The position numbers were made by a program, and so were the translations under genes. A model generated the notes under the pieces. That model made no database searches. It saw nothing but the letters and a program-made list of their open reading frames with translations, and was not told the DNA's origin. From positions 212,961 through 276,960 of the forward strand of contig CAVQEQ010000004.1 in NCBI GenBank assembly GCA_963711565.1: DNA of 64,000 nucleotides. The letters are read 5' to 3'. How positions within the stretch are numbered: the first letter of the stretch is position 1; every line of letters begins with the position of its first letter. Below, piece after piece: positions 1 through 10,441 of the stretch. This DNA is from an uncultured delta proteobacterium. Its GTDB lineage: Bacteria; Desulfobacterota; Binatia; Binatales; Binataceae.

Positions 1-1874
1 TCGGAAGATTGAGAACGATCGACAGCGCGATACGGCTGCGCACCGCTCCGCGCTCGACCACTCGCGCCGCGATCGATGCGGGCTTCGAGATCGGCGCCGA
101 ATCGGCGACCGGATCAAAGTTGTATTCATCGCCGCGATCGCCGTCGTCTTCGAAATAAATCTCAACCGGCTTGCCGTTCTTCAGATCGTCGATTTTCAAA
201 CCGCGCGGCGTCGGGCTCAGCCTGAAATATTCGTTCTCGATCGATTCATTATCGCCAGGCGGACTCTCGACGGCTTCGTCCGCGCGAACGAGGCGATAGT
301 GGCTGAATCCCGCCTGCGCGATCCCGTCGCCGACGAACGTGATTTGCGCCCGCGCCGCTGCCGTCGCTCGTATCCGAAGGATCGCGTCGTCAGGCACTTC
401 GAGCATTCGCCGCCGAAAGCTGTGCGGATCAACGTCGCCCGAGGGAGCGCGGCTGACGAACATGCGCAGCTCGAATCGATTGTTACCGGCGCGTTCGAGC
501 TCGAACCGGTTCACATACTGGCCCATCACCTGCGCCCCGGTGATCAAGCCCTTGAAGTCCGCGCCCTTGAGCTCGATTTCGAATGGGCGCGCCAAGCGTG
601 CAACGTCGATCGCGACGGGAATCCTGCGCCCGTCGCTATCCACCGCGACGTAACTCGCGTGCGGATCCTCGACTTCGGTCTCACCGGTGACGAGCGCGCG
701 GCGCGCGAACGTCGGATTGAACACCGCAGTCGCGGCCTCGCCGCCGTTTCGCGTCGATAGCACCGTGCTCGACGCCCGCCGCGCCACGATCTCGCCGATC
801 ATCGCCGCCTGGTCGAAGCGATAGCGCATGTCCTGATGGACCTGGTCGATCGAGCATCCGCAGATCGAGTCGTGCGGATGGTTCTGAATCTCGGTGCGCC
901 ACGCAACTTCGAGCAGCGCGGTCAGGTCATCGGCTTGATTCAATCGAGAGGCGAGCGCGGTGAGCGGATCGGCAATCCGCTCGAGCAGGTACGAGTTCTG
1001 AAAATCGCGCTGCTTTATCCATGCGCGCGACGAGCTGACGCCGGGCGTGAGATTCGAACGCGCCGGCGATCGCAATTCTCCGCGGACGCGCGGCGTGCCG
1101 TCGAGCGGAAGCTCGCACAGCCGCTTCGCGTATTCGTCAAGCGTGCCGACTTCGGCGCTGAACGGCGCGCGTCCGTCCGCCTCCTTCAGCCGCGCGAAGA
1201 CTGCCGCGTCGGGTTCCGCGTGATCGTTGCCGTTCATCACCAGCATCGGCGCGCCGGCCGCGAATTCGCGTTCCCGCGCCGCAATCTCGCTCACTCGCGC
1301 GATTGTCGCGTCGGCCGAATCTGTGGGCAGGCTGGCACCGTTCGAGTAACCGAACGGCAAAAAGACCATGAACATCGAACTGCCGTCGAGCGCCTCCCAG
1401 ATGAACCGATTGCGCTTCACTTCGCGGCCGACGCCGCGGAAGACTGCCCCGGCCTTCAGCCCGAAGCTCGACAGAATCTGCGGTAGCTGCGCCGCGTGAC
1501 CGAATTGATCCGGCAAATATCCGGTCTCCGCCGACTTGCCGAAGCGCCGCGCGATCCGCGTGCCGATTTCGAGATTCCGAATCAGCGCCTCGCCGCTCGC
1601 GAGGAAGCTGTCCGCGAGCAGGTACCACGGGCCGATTTGCAGCTTGCCGGCTTTGACCAGCTTCGCGATTCGGCGCGCGCTGTCGGGCCGCACTTCGAGG
1701 TAATCCTCAAGCACGATCGTCTGGCCGTCGAAATGAAAGCAGGGGAGGGCGCCGCTCTCGAGCTGCGCGATCATCTTGTCCATCATCGTCAGCAGCCGCG
1801 CGCGCATCCGCTGAAACGGCTGATACCACTCGCGATCCCAATGCGTGTGAACGACGAAATAAAGATGCTCCATG
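1..1874 (-). CDS. Glycoside hydrolase family 38 (alpha-mannosidase / mannosylglycerate hydrolase-like), N-terminal part. The gene runs off the window edge.
   Basis: Reverse-strand translation from the ATG at 1872-1874 gives MEHLYFVVHTHWDREWYQPFQ...LDGQTIVLEDY...GPWY...GYLPDQFGH. These are the conserved GH38 N-terminal motifs and match MngB-type proteins. It is absent from the ORF track because it is truncated at the edge. It sits directly downstream of the ROK kinase on the same strand. Confidence 0.55.
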
Positions 1875-1890
1875 AACCGCGCCTCGCCGC

Positions 1891-2850
1891 TTACAATCCC
1901 ACCGCGACGCACAGCGCCGCAACATCGCCGATACGCTCGCCCAGCGCCGCCGCCACCACTTCGCACGACGCCGCCAACGTCGCCAACGCTTCGCGCATCA
2001 TCACCTCGCGCGCGGGTCCCAGGATCATCTCGCCGGTGCGCATCGCGATCCCGCCAATCACAATGCGCTGCGGATTCAGAACGTCCACGAGGATCGCCAG
2101 CACCTGCCCGAGCCGCTCGCCCGTGGTGCGGACGATTCGCATCGCGACGACGTCGCCATGCTTCGCCGCCGCGCAAACGTCGCGCGCCGTCAGCGTCCCG
2201 CGATGCGCCCTCAGCGTCGTGCTGCGCCCGCGCTTGCGCGCATCCGCGACCGCTCGCATCGCGACCTGCGCCATCCCGCCGCCGCTCGCCCATCCTTCGA
2301 CTGAACCGCGCTTGTGATATCCGATCGGGCCGCCGCGCGTGAGCCGCACGTGCCCGATCTCGCCCGCGAGATCGTCAGTGCCGTGATAGAGCCGCCCATC
2401 GACGATAATTCCCGCGCCGAGTCCCGTGCCCATCGTCAGGAAGATCATGTTGCCGACGCCGCGCCCGGCGCCGTACCGATGCTCCGCGACGGCCCCGGCG
2501 TTCGCGTCGTTCTCGACGTTGCATCGAACGCCGAATTGCCGCTCGAGAATTGCCTTGATTGGAATATCGATCCACGTCGCCAGATTCGGCGGCGCCTGGA
2601 TAGTCCCGCTGATTCGATCGAGCGGCCCGCCGCAACTGACGCCGATTCCGCGGATCGCCGATTTCGCAAGCCCGCGCTTCTTCAGCAGCGTGTCGATTCC
2701 TTTACCGATCAGATCGAGCGCGCGCTCGGGCCCTTTTGCGGGAAGCGTCGCGAACTGAAGCCGCTCGCTGACCTCGGGCAGCCGCCGCGAAACGACGATC
2801 GCCGTCTTCGTGCCGCCGATATCGACACCAATCCATACTTTTGCGGGCAC
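1891..2850 (-). CDS. ROK family sugar kinase (glucokinase / N-acetylglucosamine kinase-like)
   Basis: A 319-aa ORF. The N-terminal WIGVDIGGTKTAIV is the ROK/ASKHA phosphate-1 motif, and the later GIGVSCGGPLD and GLGAGIIVDGRLYHG are typical ROK segments. Confidence 0.75.
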   Translation of the reverse strand: MPAKVWIGVDIGGTKTAIVVSRRLPEVSERLQFATLPAKGPERALDLIGKGIDTLLKKRGLAKSAIRGIGVSCGGPLDRISGTIQAPPNLATWIDIPIKAILERQFGVRCNVENDANAGAVAEHRYGAGRGVGNMIFLTMGTGLGAGIIVDGRLYHGTDDLAGEIGHVRLTRGGPIGYHKRGSVEGWASGGGMAQVAMRAVADARKRGRSTTLRAHRGTLTARDVCAAAKHGDVVAMRIVRTTGERLGQVLAILVDVLNPQRIVIGGIAMRTGEMILGPAREVMMREALATLAASCEVVAAALGERIGDVAALCVAVGL

Positions 2851-2936
2851 GCGCGCTCGCCCTCGACGCTCTAGCAGCGCGCAAGCTGTATCAAACGCCC
2901 GGCTGTTTCACCAGCCGCCGCGGTAGGGTAATCAGC

Positions 2937-4457
2937 ATGGCACTGATGATGCGCGCTTCGCGAAAGATCTCTCGACAGATTGTCGCCGCCGCATCGGCGC
3001 TTTTCTTCAGCGCGCTCACTCCGGTCGCGCACGCGCAGATGACGCCGGCCTGTTCCGCCTCCGAATCGAGCGGCGAATACTGCGTTGGCGCGTCGCGGCG
3101 CGAAATCACTCCGACCTCGCCGGTCTATCTCGGCGGTTACGGCTTCGGTCCCGTCCGGCGCTCGACCGGGGTAATGAGCCCGATCTACGCGCGCGCAATC
3201 GCCATCTCGCGCGGTGACAAGACCGTGGTCTTCTGTGCGATCGATACGCAAGGCCATTTCCTCGCCTACCAGGGGGACGACGCGCCGTATGGCGCCGCGG
3301 ACATTCGCCGCCGCGTGTCGAAAGACACCGGCATTCCCGCAAGCGCGATCATCATCGCCAGCACTCATGATCATTCGGGGCCCGACGACATCGGAGTATG
3401 GGGCGGTCTGCCGCCGGCGTACTTGAACTTCGTCGCCGACCAGGCCGTCGCCGCAATCGAATCCAGTGTGCGTGGCGAACGGTCCGCATCGCTTTACTCA
3501 GGCGAGATTAATACCGCGCCGTCCCATCTCCTGCGGAGCCTGCTGCCGGGCTATCCGATCGACACGAAACTGCGCGTGATATTCGCGAGAGGTTCCGACG
3601 GCGCGCCGTTCGCGACGCTGATTAATTTCAGCGCCCACGTCACCGCGCTCGGCAAGGACAATGCGCAGATTTCGCCGGATTGGCCCGGAGCGGCTCTGGA
3701 AGCCATCGAGAAAGCTAACCCAGGCTCGACGGCGCTCGTGATGGTCGCCTCGGTCGGACGCACCTTGCCCGACCTCAAGGCGATCGGCGCCCGCGGTCCA
3801 TCGGCCGCCCAAACCTACGGCGCGACCGTCGCGAGGCTCGCACTCGTTGCCGAGGCCCTCGCGGTGAAAGTTGACGGCCCGATCGCGACCGCCGAAACCA
3901 TCCTCGAAGAGCCGGCCGAAAATTCCGTGCTCGTGAGCCTGATGACCTCCGGCAAAGTCGGCGTGGACCGCGTGATGCGCTCGAATCGCGAACCTTACAT
4001 GGCCGCCGACAGAAGCAAGGTCCGCACGGTCGTGGGCGCGATACGAATCGGCAATCTCTTCTTCGCCGCCGTGCCGGGCGAGTCCTTTCCCGAAACGCAA
4101 ATGGCGCTCGAGGCCCGCGTCGCCGCGGACGGACACTACCTCTTCTCCCTCGCCGACGATCAGCTCGGCTACGACCCGCCGCCCTACGAATTGGGCATGG
4201 TCGAGTTCGCCAGCCCGCTCGACGAGGGACTGTTCATCATCAATTCTCGTTTCGGTACCGACGTTACGCGCACGCTGCTGGTACAGGCGCGCGCACTCGG
4301 CTTTACAGTTTCCGATACAGGCTATACAGGTGACGAGGCCCGCGAAGCCCGCGGCTTGGTTGATTCAATTGACGGGACGATCGGAATGGTCGAGGAACCT
4401 ATCGCCCGCCGGCTCATCCCGCTGATGCTCTGGCTGGGATACGATCGCTTTCACTGA
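2937..4457 (+). CDS. Secreted neutral/alkaline ceramidase-like hydrolase (family assignment tentative)
   Basis: A 538-aa ORF. The internal Met at 2937 starts a signal peptide (MALMMRASRKISRQIVAAASALFFSALTPVAHAQ). IIIASTHDHSGP resembles the ceramidase SHTHSGP zinc-site motif, and GGYGFGP resembles the N-terminal substrate-loop region. Confidence 0.45.
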   Translation: MALMMRASRKISRQIVAAASALFFSALTPVAHAQMTPACSASESSGEYCVGASRREITPTSPVYLGGYGFGPVRRSTGVMSPIYARAIAISRGDKTVVFCAIDTQGHFLAYQGDDAPYGAADIRRRVSKDTGIPASAIIIASTHDHSGPDDIGVWGGLPPAYLNFVADQAVAAIESSVRGERSASLYSGEINTAPSHLLRSLLPGYPIDTKLRVIFARGSDGAPFATLINFSAHVTALGKDNAQISPDWPGAALEAIEKANPGSTALVMVASVGRTLPDLKAIGARGPSAAQTYGATVARLALVAEALAVKVDGPIATAETILEEPAENSVLVSLMTSGKVGVDRVMRSNREPYMAADRSKVRTVVGAIRIGNLFFAAVPGESFPETQMALEARVAADGHYLFSLADDQLGYDPPPYELGMVEFASPLDEGLFIINSRFGTDVTRTLLVQARALGFTVSDTGYTGDEAREARGLVDSIDGTIGMVEEPIARRLIPLMLWLGYDRFH

Positions 4458-4475
4458 ATTTCGGATTCACGGGGA

Positions 4476-5291
4476 CTATCGGCTCCACCGATGCTGGCGC
4501 TGAAGAGGCGCACTGCGCTGCCGGCTCGACGCCGCGAGCTGGATACTCGCCGGCGCGTGGCCATTCGCGACGTGTGCGACTTCGTTCACCGCCGCCTCGA
4601 TCGTTCCGCCGCGCAGCAGAATATATTTGCGCTCGCGCCGCCCGATCTCTCCGTCTTCGGCCAGTTCCGTCAGTACGCGCCCGACCACCGGCCGCGAGCT
4701 GCCGATCATTTCCGCCAAGTCGGAATGCGTCGGCTCGAACGTGAGCAAAACTCCGTCGCTATCGGCGATGCCGAATTTGCGCCCCAATTCCGCCAGCACC
4801 ATTTCAATTCGTTCGCGATATGAAAGTCCCAGAAACGTCGCGTAGTACTGCACCCATTCCGTCGCCGCCGAATTCATCCGCTCCGTCAGCGCCAGCAGTT
4901 CCTCCGCGTTCATCGCCTTCAGCAGATTGCGCACATGGTCGCGCGTCACGATCGCCAGCACACAGTTGCTAGCCGTCCACGCTTCGAAGCGCCGGACCCA
5001 TTGCCCCTTCTCGTTGAGCTTGTCCGCCAGCCCCAGCACGTCGCCGGCCGTCGCCAGCCTCACCAGCGTCTGCGTGCCCTTCGGATTCGGACAGACTTCA
5101 CGCACGACGCCCTTGACGACCCACATCACGATGTCGGCCGGCGAGCCTTGGCTGAAGATAAGCTTGCCCGATGTGTAGTTGATCTCCGTATGATGCGCGG
5201 TCAACTCCTTCGCGGTCTCCTCCGGAATCCCCCACGAAAAAAGCCCGGCCTCGAACACGTTCGCCCGGTTGAGAATAGAGACCTGATTCAT
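4476..5291 (-). CDS. Crp/Fnr family transcriptional regulator (cNMP-binding domain plus C-terminal HTH)
   Basis: LIFSQGSPADIVMWVVKGVV...AGDVLGL is the cNMP-binding beta-roll. RERIEMVLAELG...LTFEPTHSDLAEMIGSSRPVVGRVLTELAEDG is the Crp-type HTH. The likely start is the internal MNQ at 5291; the track ORF extends to 5480. Confidence 0.65.
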   Translation of the reverse strand: MNQVSILNRANVFEAGLFSWGIPEETAKELTAHHTEINYTSGKLIFSQGSPADIVMWVVKGVVREVCPNPKGTQTLVRLATAGDVLGLADKLNEKGQWVRRFEAWTASNCVLAIVTRDHVRNLLKAMNAEELLALTERMNSAATEWVQYYATFLGLSYRERIEMVLAELGRKFGIADSDGVLLTFEPTHSDLAEMIGSSRPVVGRVLTELAEDGEIGRRERKYILLRGGTIEAAVNEVAHVANGHAPASIQLAASSRQRSAPLQRQHRWSR

Positions 5292-5726
5292 CTTCGACTC
5301 CGCCAGGACAGTCTGCGCCGACTTCGTTTTCACCGTGTGATGCTCCGTGTTGCGAGCGTGAAAAATAAGGCGGCCCGGGGTCCCCCACACCAGCTTGACC
5401 GGCGCTATGTCCCCAGACATCGCGCAGCCAACTCCGCGGGCGGGCCGCCGCTGCACAACATCAGCAAAGGATGTGCCCAAATGAACGCTATCGCGCGCCG
5501 CCTCCGCTCAGAAGTTCCAAGCGCGCGTTATATCGGCGAAATCTCGGTTGGGCGATTTAGCGGTCGATTCGCCCGGCAATGATTCGCGCCAATTTGAATG
5601 GAGCCGGAAGAAGATGTTGGGTCAAAATTCCCCCGCGCACGACGGCATTTCTCCGAAGTAGGACGGAATTCATTCCGTCGCTCCGAGACGTCGCCCATCG
5701 ACAATTCTCAGGAAACTAAAAGATCC

Positions 5727-5897
5727 GGGATTCTTCGCTTCGCTCTAGAATGACACGAACAAAAAGCCCTTGAGAGCAAAATGGCGTCCTCGCCATTTTG
5801 CGATTAACACTGGGTGCAGGGGTCCGCGACGGTGTCGACACCCCCTGCCCAAGGAGGTGCGGAACCCACGGCGGGTTCCGCATTAGATAAAGTGATC
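5727..5897 (+). repeat. Structured intergenic repeat, family 1, copy A (long form, about 170 nt)
   Basis: It contains gggattcttcgcttcgctctagaatgacacgaa (shared with copy B) and an AAAATGGCG-tcct-CGCCATTTT hairpin. The core is ACTGGGTGCAGGGGG...CCCCCTGC with GCGGAACCC-ACGGC-GGGTTCCGC, homologous to the copies at 21393, 35353, 49594 and 54143. Confidence 0.8.
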
Positions 5898-5957
5898 CCC
5901 CAGACCGCCGCCTTAGCCGGAACGCACGCAATCGCATATAACTGACGCGATGACACC

Positions 5958-7463
5958 TTGCGCGCCGCGCTCCCCGATGGAGCACCGACTGTGAAAATCG
6001 GTACTCGCCTGACCCTCGTCCTGATGCTGTGCGTGATGCCGGTGATCGCCGCCTACACTTATTGGAGCGTCGCGCAGTCCAACGTCTATCTGAACGAGTT
6101 GAAGCAATCGGCGCGCGCCGTCAGCTCCGGCACGGCCCCTTCGGTTGACGAAGAAGTCATCGCCAATCAGTTCGACAAAATCGGTGACGCGTTCCGCAAG
6201 ATGGACGCGCAAGGAACGCGCAGCGCGATCCTCCGTAAGGACGGCACGCTATGGTACTCGCTGCCGGACTTCCCCAATGAACTCGTCGACGCGGCCCGGG
6301 TGCAACTCGCGCATTACCAGCCCGTTGAGTTCGGCCCGACCAGCGGCCCGATGAACTGGTTCTGTGAATTGGTCCCGCTGAAAGGAAACGGCGGCGACGT
6401 AATCGGCTATCTGCTCGAAGTCCAGGATTGGACCAAGGTGGCGCGTGATAGCCGCACGCAATCGATCGCGTCGATCGTCGTGGCGCTCTGTCTGCTCGCT
6501 ATCGTCGCGGCGGTCATCCCCGCGATGGTCTATCGGTACGTCTCGCGGCCGCTCGCCGATCTGTCGGCCAAGGTCACGAAATTTTCTTCGAGCGATTCCG
6601 ATCGGCCCGCGGGCAGCGAAGTGGAACTGCTCGGCGAAGAATTCGGCAAGCTCGATCAGCAGCTCAACAAGGCGCGCATCGATCTCGAGGATCGCCATCG
6701 GCGCGAATTGGAACTCGAACGCGAGCTGCAGCGCGCGGACCGGCTCGCCACCATCGGCGCGCTGGCCGCCGGACTCGCGCACGAAATCGGCACCCCGATG
6801 GGCGTGATCCGCGTGCGCGCCGAGTCTCTCCAACAGGACGAGACGATCGCGCCCGACTCGCGCGTCAAGCTCGGCATCATCGTCCGCCAGATCGATCGCA
6901 TCACGCGCATCGTCCGGATGCTGCTCGACTATGCGCGCAAGAGCGAATCGCACAAGGCCATCTGCGACTTGCGCACGATCGCCGAGCGCGCACTGACTCT
7001 GCTCGAGCCGGAAGCCGCGCATCGCAACGTCAGGACAATCGCTCGACTGGGAGACAATCCGCTGATGGTAAATTGCGACGCCGATCAGCTCGAACAGGTC
7101 TTCGTCAACATGATCATGAACGCCTTCGACGCGATGAATCGCAACGGCGGAACCCTGCGCGTCACCGCAAATTCTGAAAAAGGCAACGGCGGCTCGCGCG
7201 TGACAATCGCGTTCGAGGACACCGGCGTCGGCGTCGCCCCCGAGCACGAGAAAAGCCTCTTCGCCCCCTTCTTCACCACCAAGGAGCCGGGCAAGGGCAC
7301 CGGGATGGGCCTCGCCGTGAGCCAGTCTATAGTACGCGAGCACGACGGCGAGATAACCTTCAGCTCGGGCCCGACGGGTTCGCGCTTTGTCGTCGCGATT
7401 CCGATGGCGTCCGCCGAGATAGTCGAACATGAGCATGGACCCCGTGAGCAGCGGCACGCATAG
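5958..7463 (+). CDS. Sensor histidine kinase (NtrB/AtoS-like; TM, HAMP-like linker, HisKA and HATPase_c)
   Basis: The H-box is LATIGALAAGLAHEIGTPMGVI. The N, G1 and G2 boxes are FVNMIMNAFDAM...GTGMGLAVSQSIV. Two N-terminal TM segments are present. Confidence 0.8.
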   Translation: MRAALPDGAPTVKIGTRLTLVLMLCVMPVIAAYTYWSVAQSNVYLNELKQSARAVSSGTAPSVDEEVIANQFDKIGDAFRKMDAQGTRSAILRKDGTLWYSLPDFPNELVDAARVQLAHYQPVEFGPTSGPMNWFCELVPLKGNGGDVIGYLLEVQDWTKVARDSRTQSIASIVVALCLLAIVAAVIPAMVYRYVSRPLADLSAKVTKFSSSDSDRPAGSEVELLGEEFGKLDQQLNKARIDLEDRHRRELELERELQRADRLATIGALAAGLAHEIGTPMGVIRVRAESLQQDETIAPDSRVKLGIIVRQIDRITRIVRMLLDYARKSESHKAICDLRTIAERALTLLEPEAAHRNVRTIARLGDNPLMVNCDADQLEQVFVNMIMNAFDAMNRNGGTLRVTANSEKGNGGSRVTIAFEDTGVGVAPEHEKSLFAPFFTTKEPGKGTGMGLAVSQSIVREHDGEITFSSGPTGSRFVVAIPMASAEIVEHEHGPREQRHA

Positions 7464-8814
7464 CGATCAGGCAATCGTGCTGGTCGTCGACGACGACCAC
7501 GACATGGTCGCCGCGCTCAGCGACATCCTGCGCGAAGCCGGCTACCGTCCGCTGAGCGCGCATTCGGGCAATGAAGCGCTCGCGATCGTCGCGCGCGAAT
7601 CTCCCGACGTGCTGATCTCCGATCTCCGGATGGCCGGGATGAGCGGGCACGGACTGCAAGCCGAGCTGAAGCGAATCGCGCCCGATCTGCCCGTGATCAT
7701 CATCACCGCCTTCGGTTCGATTCAGACGGCGGTCGAGTCGATGAAGCTCGGCGCCTTCGATTACATCACCAAGCCCTTCAGCAACAGCGAGTTGCTGCTG
7801 CTCGTCGCGCGCGCGCTGGAAAATCGCGCCCTCCGAAGTGAAGTGAAGCGCCTGCGCATCGAGCTGGCGCGCAATCACGGCCTCGAAAATATTATCGCGT
7901 CGAGTCCGAAGATGACTGCGATGCTGAGCAAGCTCGCGCAGGTCGCCGACAGCAACGTCAGCGTGCTGATCACCGGCGAGAGCGGCACCGGCAAGGACCT
8001 GCTGGCGCGCGCGCTTCACTTCCAGAGCGCGCGCCACAGCGGCCCGTTCGTGCCCGTCAACTGCGCGGCGATTCCCGAGAGCCTCATCGAGAGCGAGCTG
8101 TTCGGACACGCGCGCGGCGCCTTCACCGACGCCAAGCAGAACAAGGTCGGCCTCTTCGTCGCCGCCAGCCACGGCACTCTCTTCCTCGACGAAATCGGCG
8201 AGATGCTCCCGACAGTCCAGGCCAAGCTGCTCCGAGTCATCGAGGACAAAAAAGTCCGCCCGCTCGGCGCGACCGGCGAGACGACCGTCGACGTCCGCGT
8301 CATCGCCGCCACCAACGCCGATTTGGAGAAAGCGGTCGCCGACGGCCGCTTCCGCTCCGATCTATTTTATCGCATCGCAACCGTCACGATGGCGGTGCCG
8401 CCGCTGCGCGACCGTCCCGAAGACATTCCGCTGCTGATCAAGCACTTCCTGATGCGCGCCGGCGCCGAGGCCGGCAAACCCCCGCCGAATCTCGACGCCG
8501 AAACGACGGATCTTCTCACGCACTATCGATGGCCCGGCAACATCCGCGAGCTGCAAAACGCGATTCAGCAGGCCGTCATCCTCTGCTCCGGCCCGCAGAT
8601 CACCCGCGCCGACCTGCCGAGCAGGATCACCGGCGACCACCACGCCCCGAATCACCTGGAAGAACTCGCGTCACGCCGAATGCCCCTGGAAGAAGTCGAA
8701 CGCCAATACGCCCGCGCCGTTCTGGCGTCGGTCAACAACCACCGCGGCGAAGCCGCCGCAATCCTGGGCGTCGACCGCAAAACCCTAACCCGCAAACTAG
8801 AAGACCCCGACTGA
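7429..8814 (+). CDS. Sigma-54-dependent response regulator (NtrC family: REC, AAA+ sigma54-activator and Fis-type HTH)
   Basis: REC domain: VLVVDDDHDMV...DLRMAGMSG. Walker A: GESGTGKDLLARALH. GAFTDA is present and ELFGHARGAF is the GAFTGA-like region. The C-terminal HTH is AAAILGVDRKTLTRKL. It overlaps the kinase gene by 35 nt. Confidence 0.85.
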   Translation: MSMDPVSSGTHSDQAIVLVVDDDHDMVAALSDILREAGYRPLSAHSGNEALAIVARESPDVLISDLRMAGMSGHGLQAELKRIAPDLPVIIITAFGSIQTAVESMKLGAFDYITKPFSNSELLLLVARALENRALRSEVKRLRIELARNHGLENIIASSPKMTAMLSKLAQVADSNVSVLITGESGTGKDLLARALHFQSARHSGPFVPVNCAAIPESLIESELFGHARGAFTDAKQNKVGLFVAASHGTLFLDEIGEMLPTVQAKLLRVIEDKKVRPLGATGETTVDVRVIAATNADLEKAVADGRFRSDLFYRIATVTMAVPPLRDRPEDIPLLIKHFLMRAGAEAGKPPPNLDAETTDLLTHYRWPGNIRELQNAIQQAVILCSGPQITRADLPSRITGDHHAPNHLEELASRRMPLEEVERQYARAVLASVNNHRGEAAAILGVDRKTLTRKLEDPD

Positions 8815-8883
8815 TTCGCGCTAGATTGGCGCCGCGCCCTCCTGAAGGTGCAGAAGACGCGAGGATGAAACCATTACTGGATC

Positions 8884-10263
8884 CTAAGCGTGTACAAAAT
8901 GCTCGATGACTTTCTTCGCGAACTGATCTACTAAGGGAGTAATTGTTACCGACGCTATCAACGACAAGGCAGCAACAGACGGGGCCCTGAATTTTTCAGC
9001 AGCTTTGATCTGCCGTCTTAGTTCCTCTCTCTGATGGCGGTAGAACTCGGCCCAATCTTTGGCTGTAGTGTTGGCCTTGTCAGGATTTACACTCGTCTCG
9101 AGCTCCCGCATGATATTTGAGGTCTGTCCACTAAACTCATTGAACCATTCTACATGCTGAAAGCGCGGGTCGTAGTCGCGGGTTCCCCTAAAAGCCTCTA
9201 CAGAACCTTCGGTAAACGGAGCTTGCTCGGGAAGCTGCGAAGCATTCTCTACAAGGGCGGTAGCGTCTAAATTCGGCTCGGCGACTGTTTTGCCAGAATC
9301 CTCCGTTTGGCTCATGGTGATGCCCCACAGAAGCATCTTGTCGCTATCCAGAAAATTCTTCCACTTCTCACCGAACCTAGCTATCAAATGTCCTAACTCT
9401 GCTGCATGACTTTTGCCGGTTGGTGCTTCCAGCGTCTTAACCAAATCGGTAAGCCAGCCTTCCTCTTTCTTTAGTAGATCCAACCGCTTGGTTCTGCCGC
9501 GTAGCCAGCCAATCAGATAGGGTATCAAAATGAATGAGGCCAGATAGGAAATGAGGATGATCGGTAATATCAACGGAAATTGAAGTGGAATGTTGGTATT
9601 TAGAAAGCTAGCACTTTCTCTATTCGGGTTAGGAAGAGTCCAGTAGAACAGTGCCAGGTATAAGGCAAAAGGAACCAACCCACCGAATTGCGCTACAAGA
9701 AAACGACTTCGGGTTCCTTCGTCCAAGTTCTCAGACGAAAGAGTTCCGACGATAACAGGCAAAGAAAGCGGCAAGCCCGCGACAGTGGACAAGAGCAGAG
9801 TGAGCTGGATAGTCCTAACCTCAAGCTCAGGCGATGAGATAGGATGTCTGAAGTATAGGATCGCGGCCACGATTGGATAGCCCAAGAAAGCCACGATCGA
9901 AAATAGCAAACCCAAAACCATGGTAATCGGATGCTTTAGTCCGAATTCGTTACCAGCCCACAGCGAGCGCAGTCCCCACTCGGTCTCACTCGAACCAAGA
10001 AATCCCCAGAGAATACCCGTGACGATCACACCCAGCTGAGCGCCGGCGAAAACTAGAGCCATTAGAGCCACACTGCCGAAGCCGCTCAGTAGGTAAATGA
10101 ACGAAAACATCCCGGCTGTCGAAAGCAAGATGGTTAACTCAGTAAAGGCGAAGGCATTGCTGGTCCGCAGGCCGTGTGTCGTGGCCTTCGATGTGAGCCG
10201 CGCGCTTGCGATCGCAAAAACGAAATACGCGAAGCAGAAGACGAGGAATCTAAGTAGATGCAT
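8884..10263 (-). CDS. Orphan integral membrane protein with about 8 TM segments and a ~190-aa soluble C-terminal domain; no family recognised
   Basis: A 459-aa ORF. Its GC content is visibly lower than the flanking DNA. Hydrophobic helices span residues 1-270, followed by a charged C-terminal domain. There is no motif I can assign. Confidence 0.5.
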   Translation of the reverse strand: MHLLRFLVFCFAYFVFAIASARLTSKATTHGLRTSNAFAFTELTILLSTAGMFSFIYLLSGFGSVALMALVFAGAQLGVIVTGILWGFLGSSETEWGLRSLWAGNEFGLKHPITMVLGLLFSIVAFLGYPIVAAILYFRHPISSPELEVRTIQLTLLLSTVAGLPLSLPVIVGTLSSENLDEGTRSRFLVAQFGGLVPFALYLALFYWTLPNPNRESASFLNTNIPLQFPLILPIILISYLASFILIPYLIGWLRGRTKRLDLLKKEEGWLTDLVKTLEAPTGKSHAAELGHLIARFGEKWKNFLDSDKMLLWGITMSQTEDSGKTVAEPNLDATALVENASQLPEQAPFTEGSVEAFRGTRDYDPRFQHVEWFNEFSGQTSNIMRELETSVNPDKANTTAKDWAEFYRHQREELRRQIKAAEKFRAPSVAALSLIASVTITPLVDQFAKKVIEHFVHA

Positions 10264-10441
10264 CTTTTTTTCCGAACAGGCCCCCTTGTTCGCAAAACTG
10301 TCGAGGCGGTAGATTCTACGTTTTATTGTTCAAGTTTGTAAACACCGGTCGCTGCTTCCGTTAACAACCCGATTGCATCTTCGCAACGAATTCTGTCGAC
10401 AGCAAAATCCTGTCCGCAAACTCGAAGACGCCGACACCTAT

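Noticed and set aside
299-2317. Long plus-strand ORFs (299-760, 836-1486, 1496-2317) over the first 2.3 kb
   Set aside because: They are antisense to a GH38 gene and a ROK kinase gene with clear family motifs. High-GC DNA routinely yields long stop-free antisense frames, and the translations are Arg/Ala-rich low-complexity.
6249-8172. Minus-strand ORFs of 402 aa and 270 aa overlapping the histidine kinase and sigma-54 regulator
   Set aside because: Antisense artefacts. The plus-strand products carry complete HisKA/HATPase and REC/AAA/HTH motifs.
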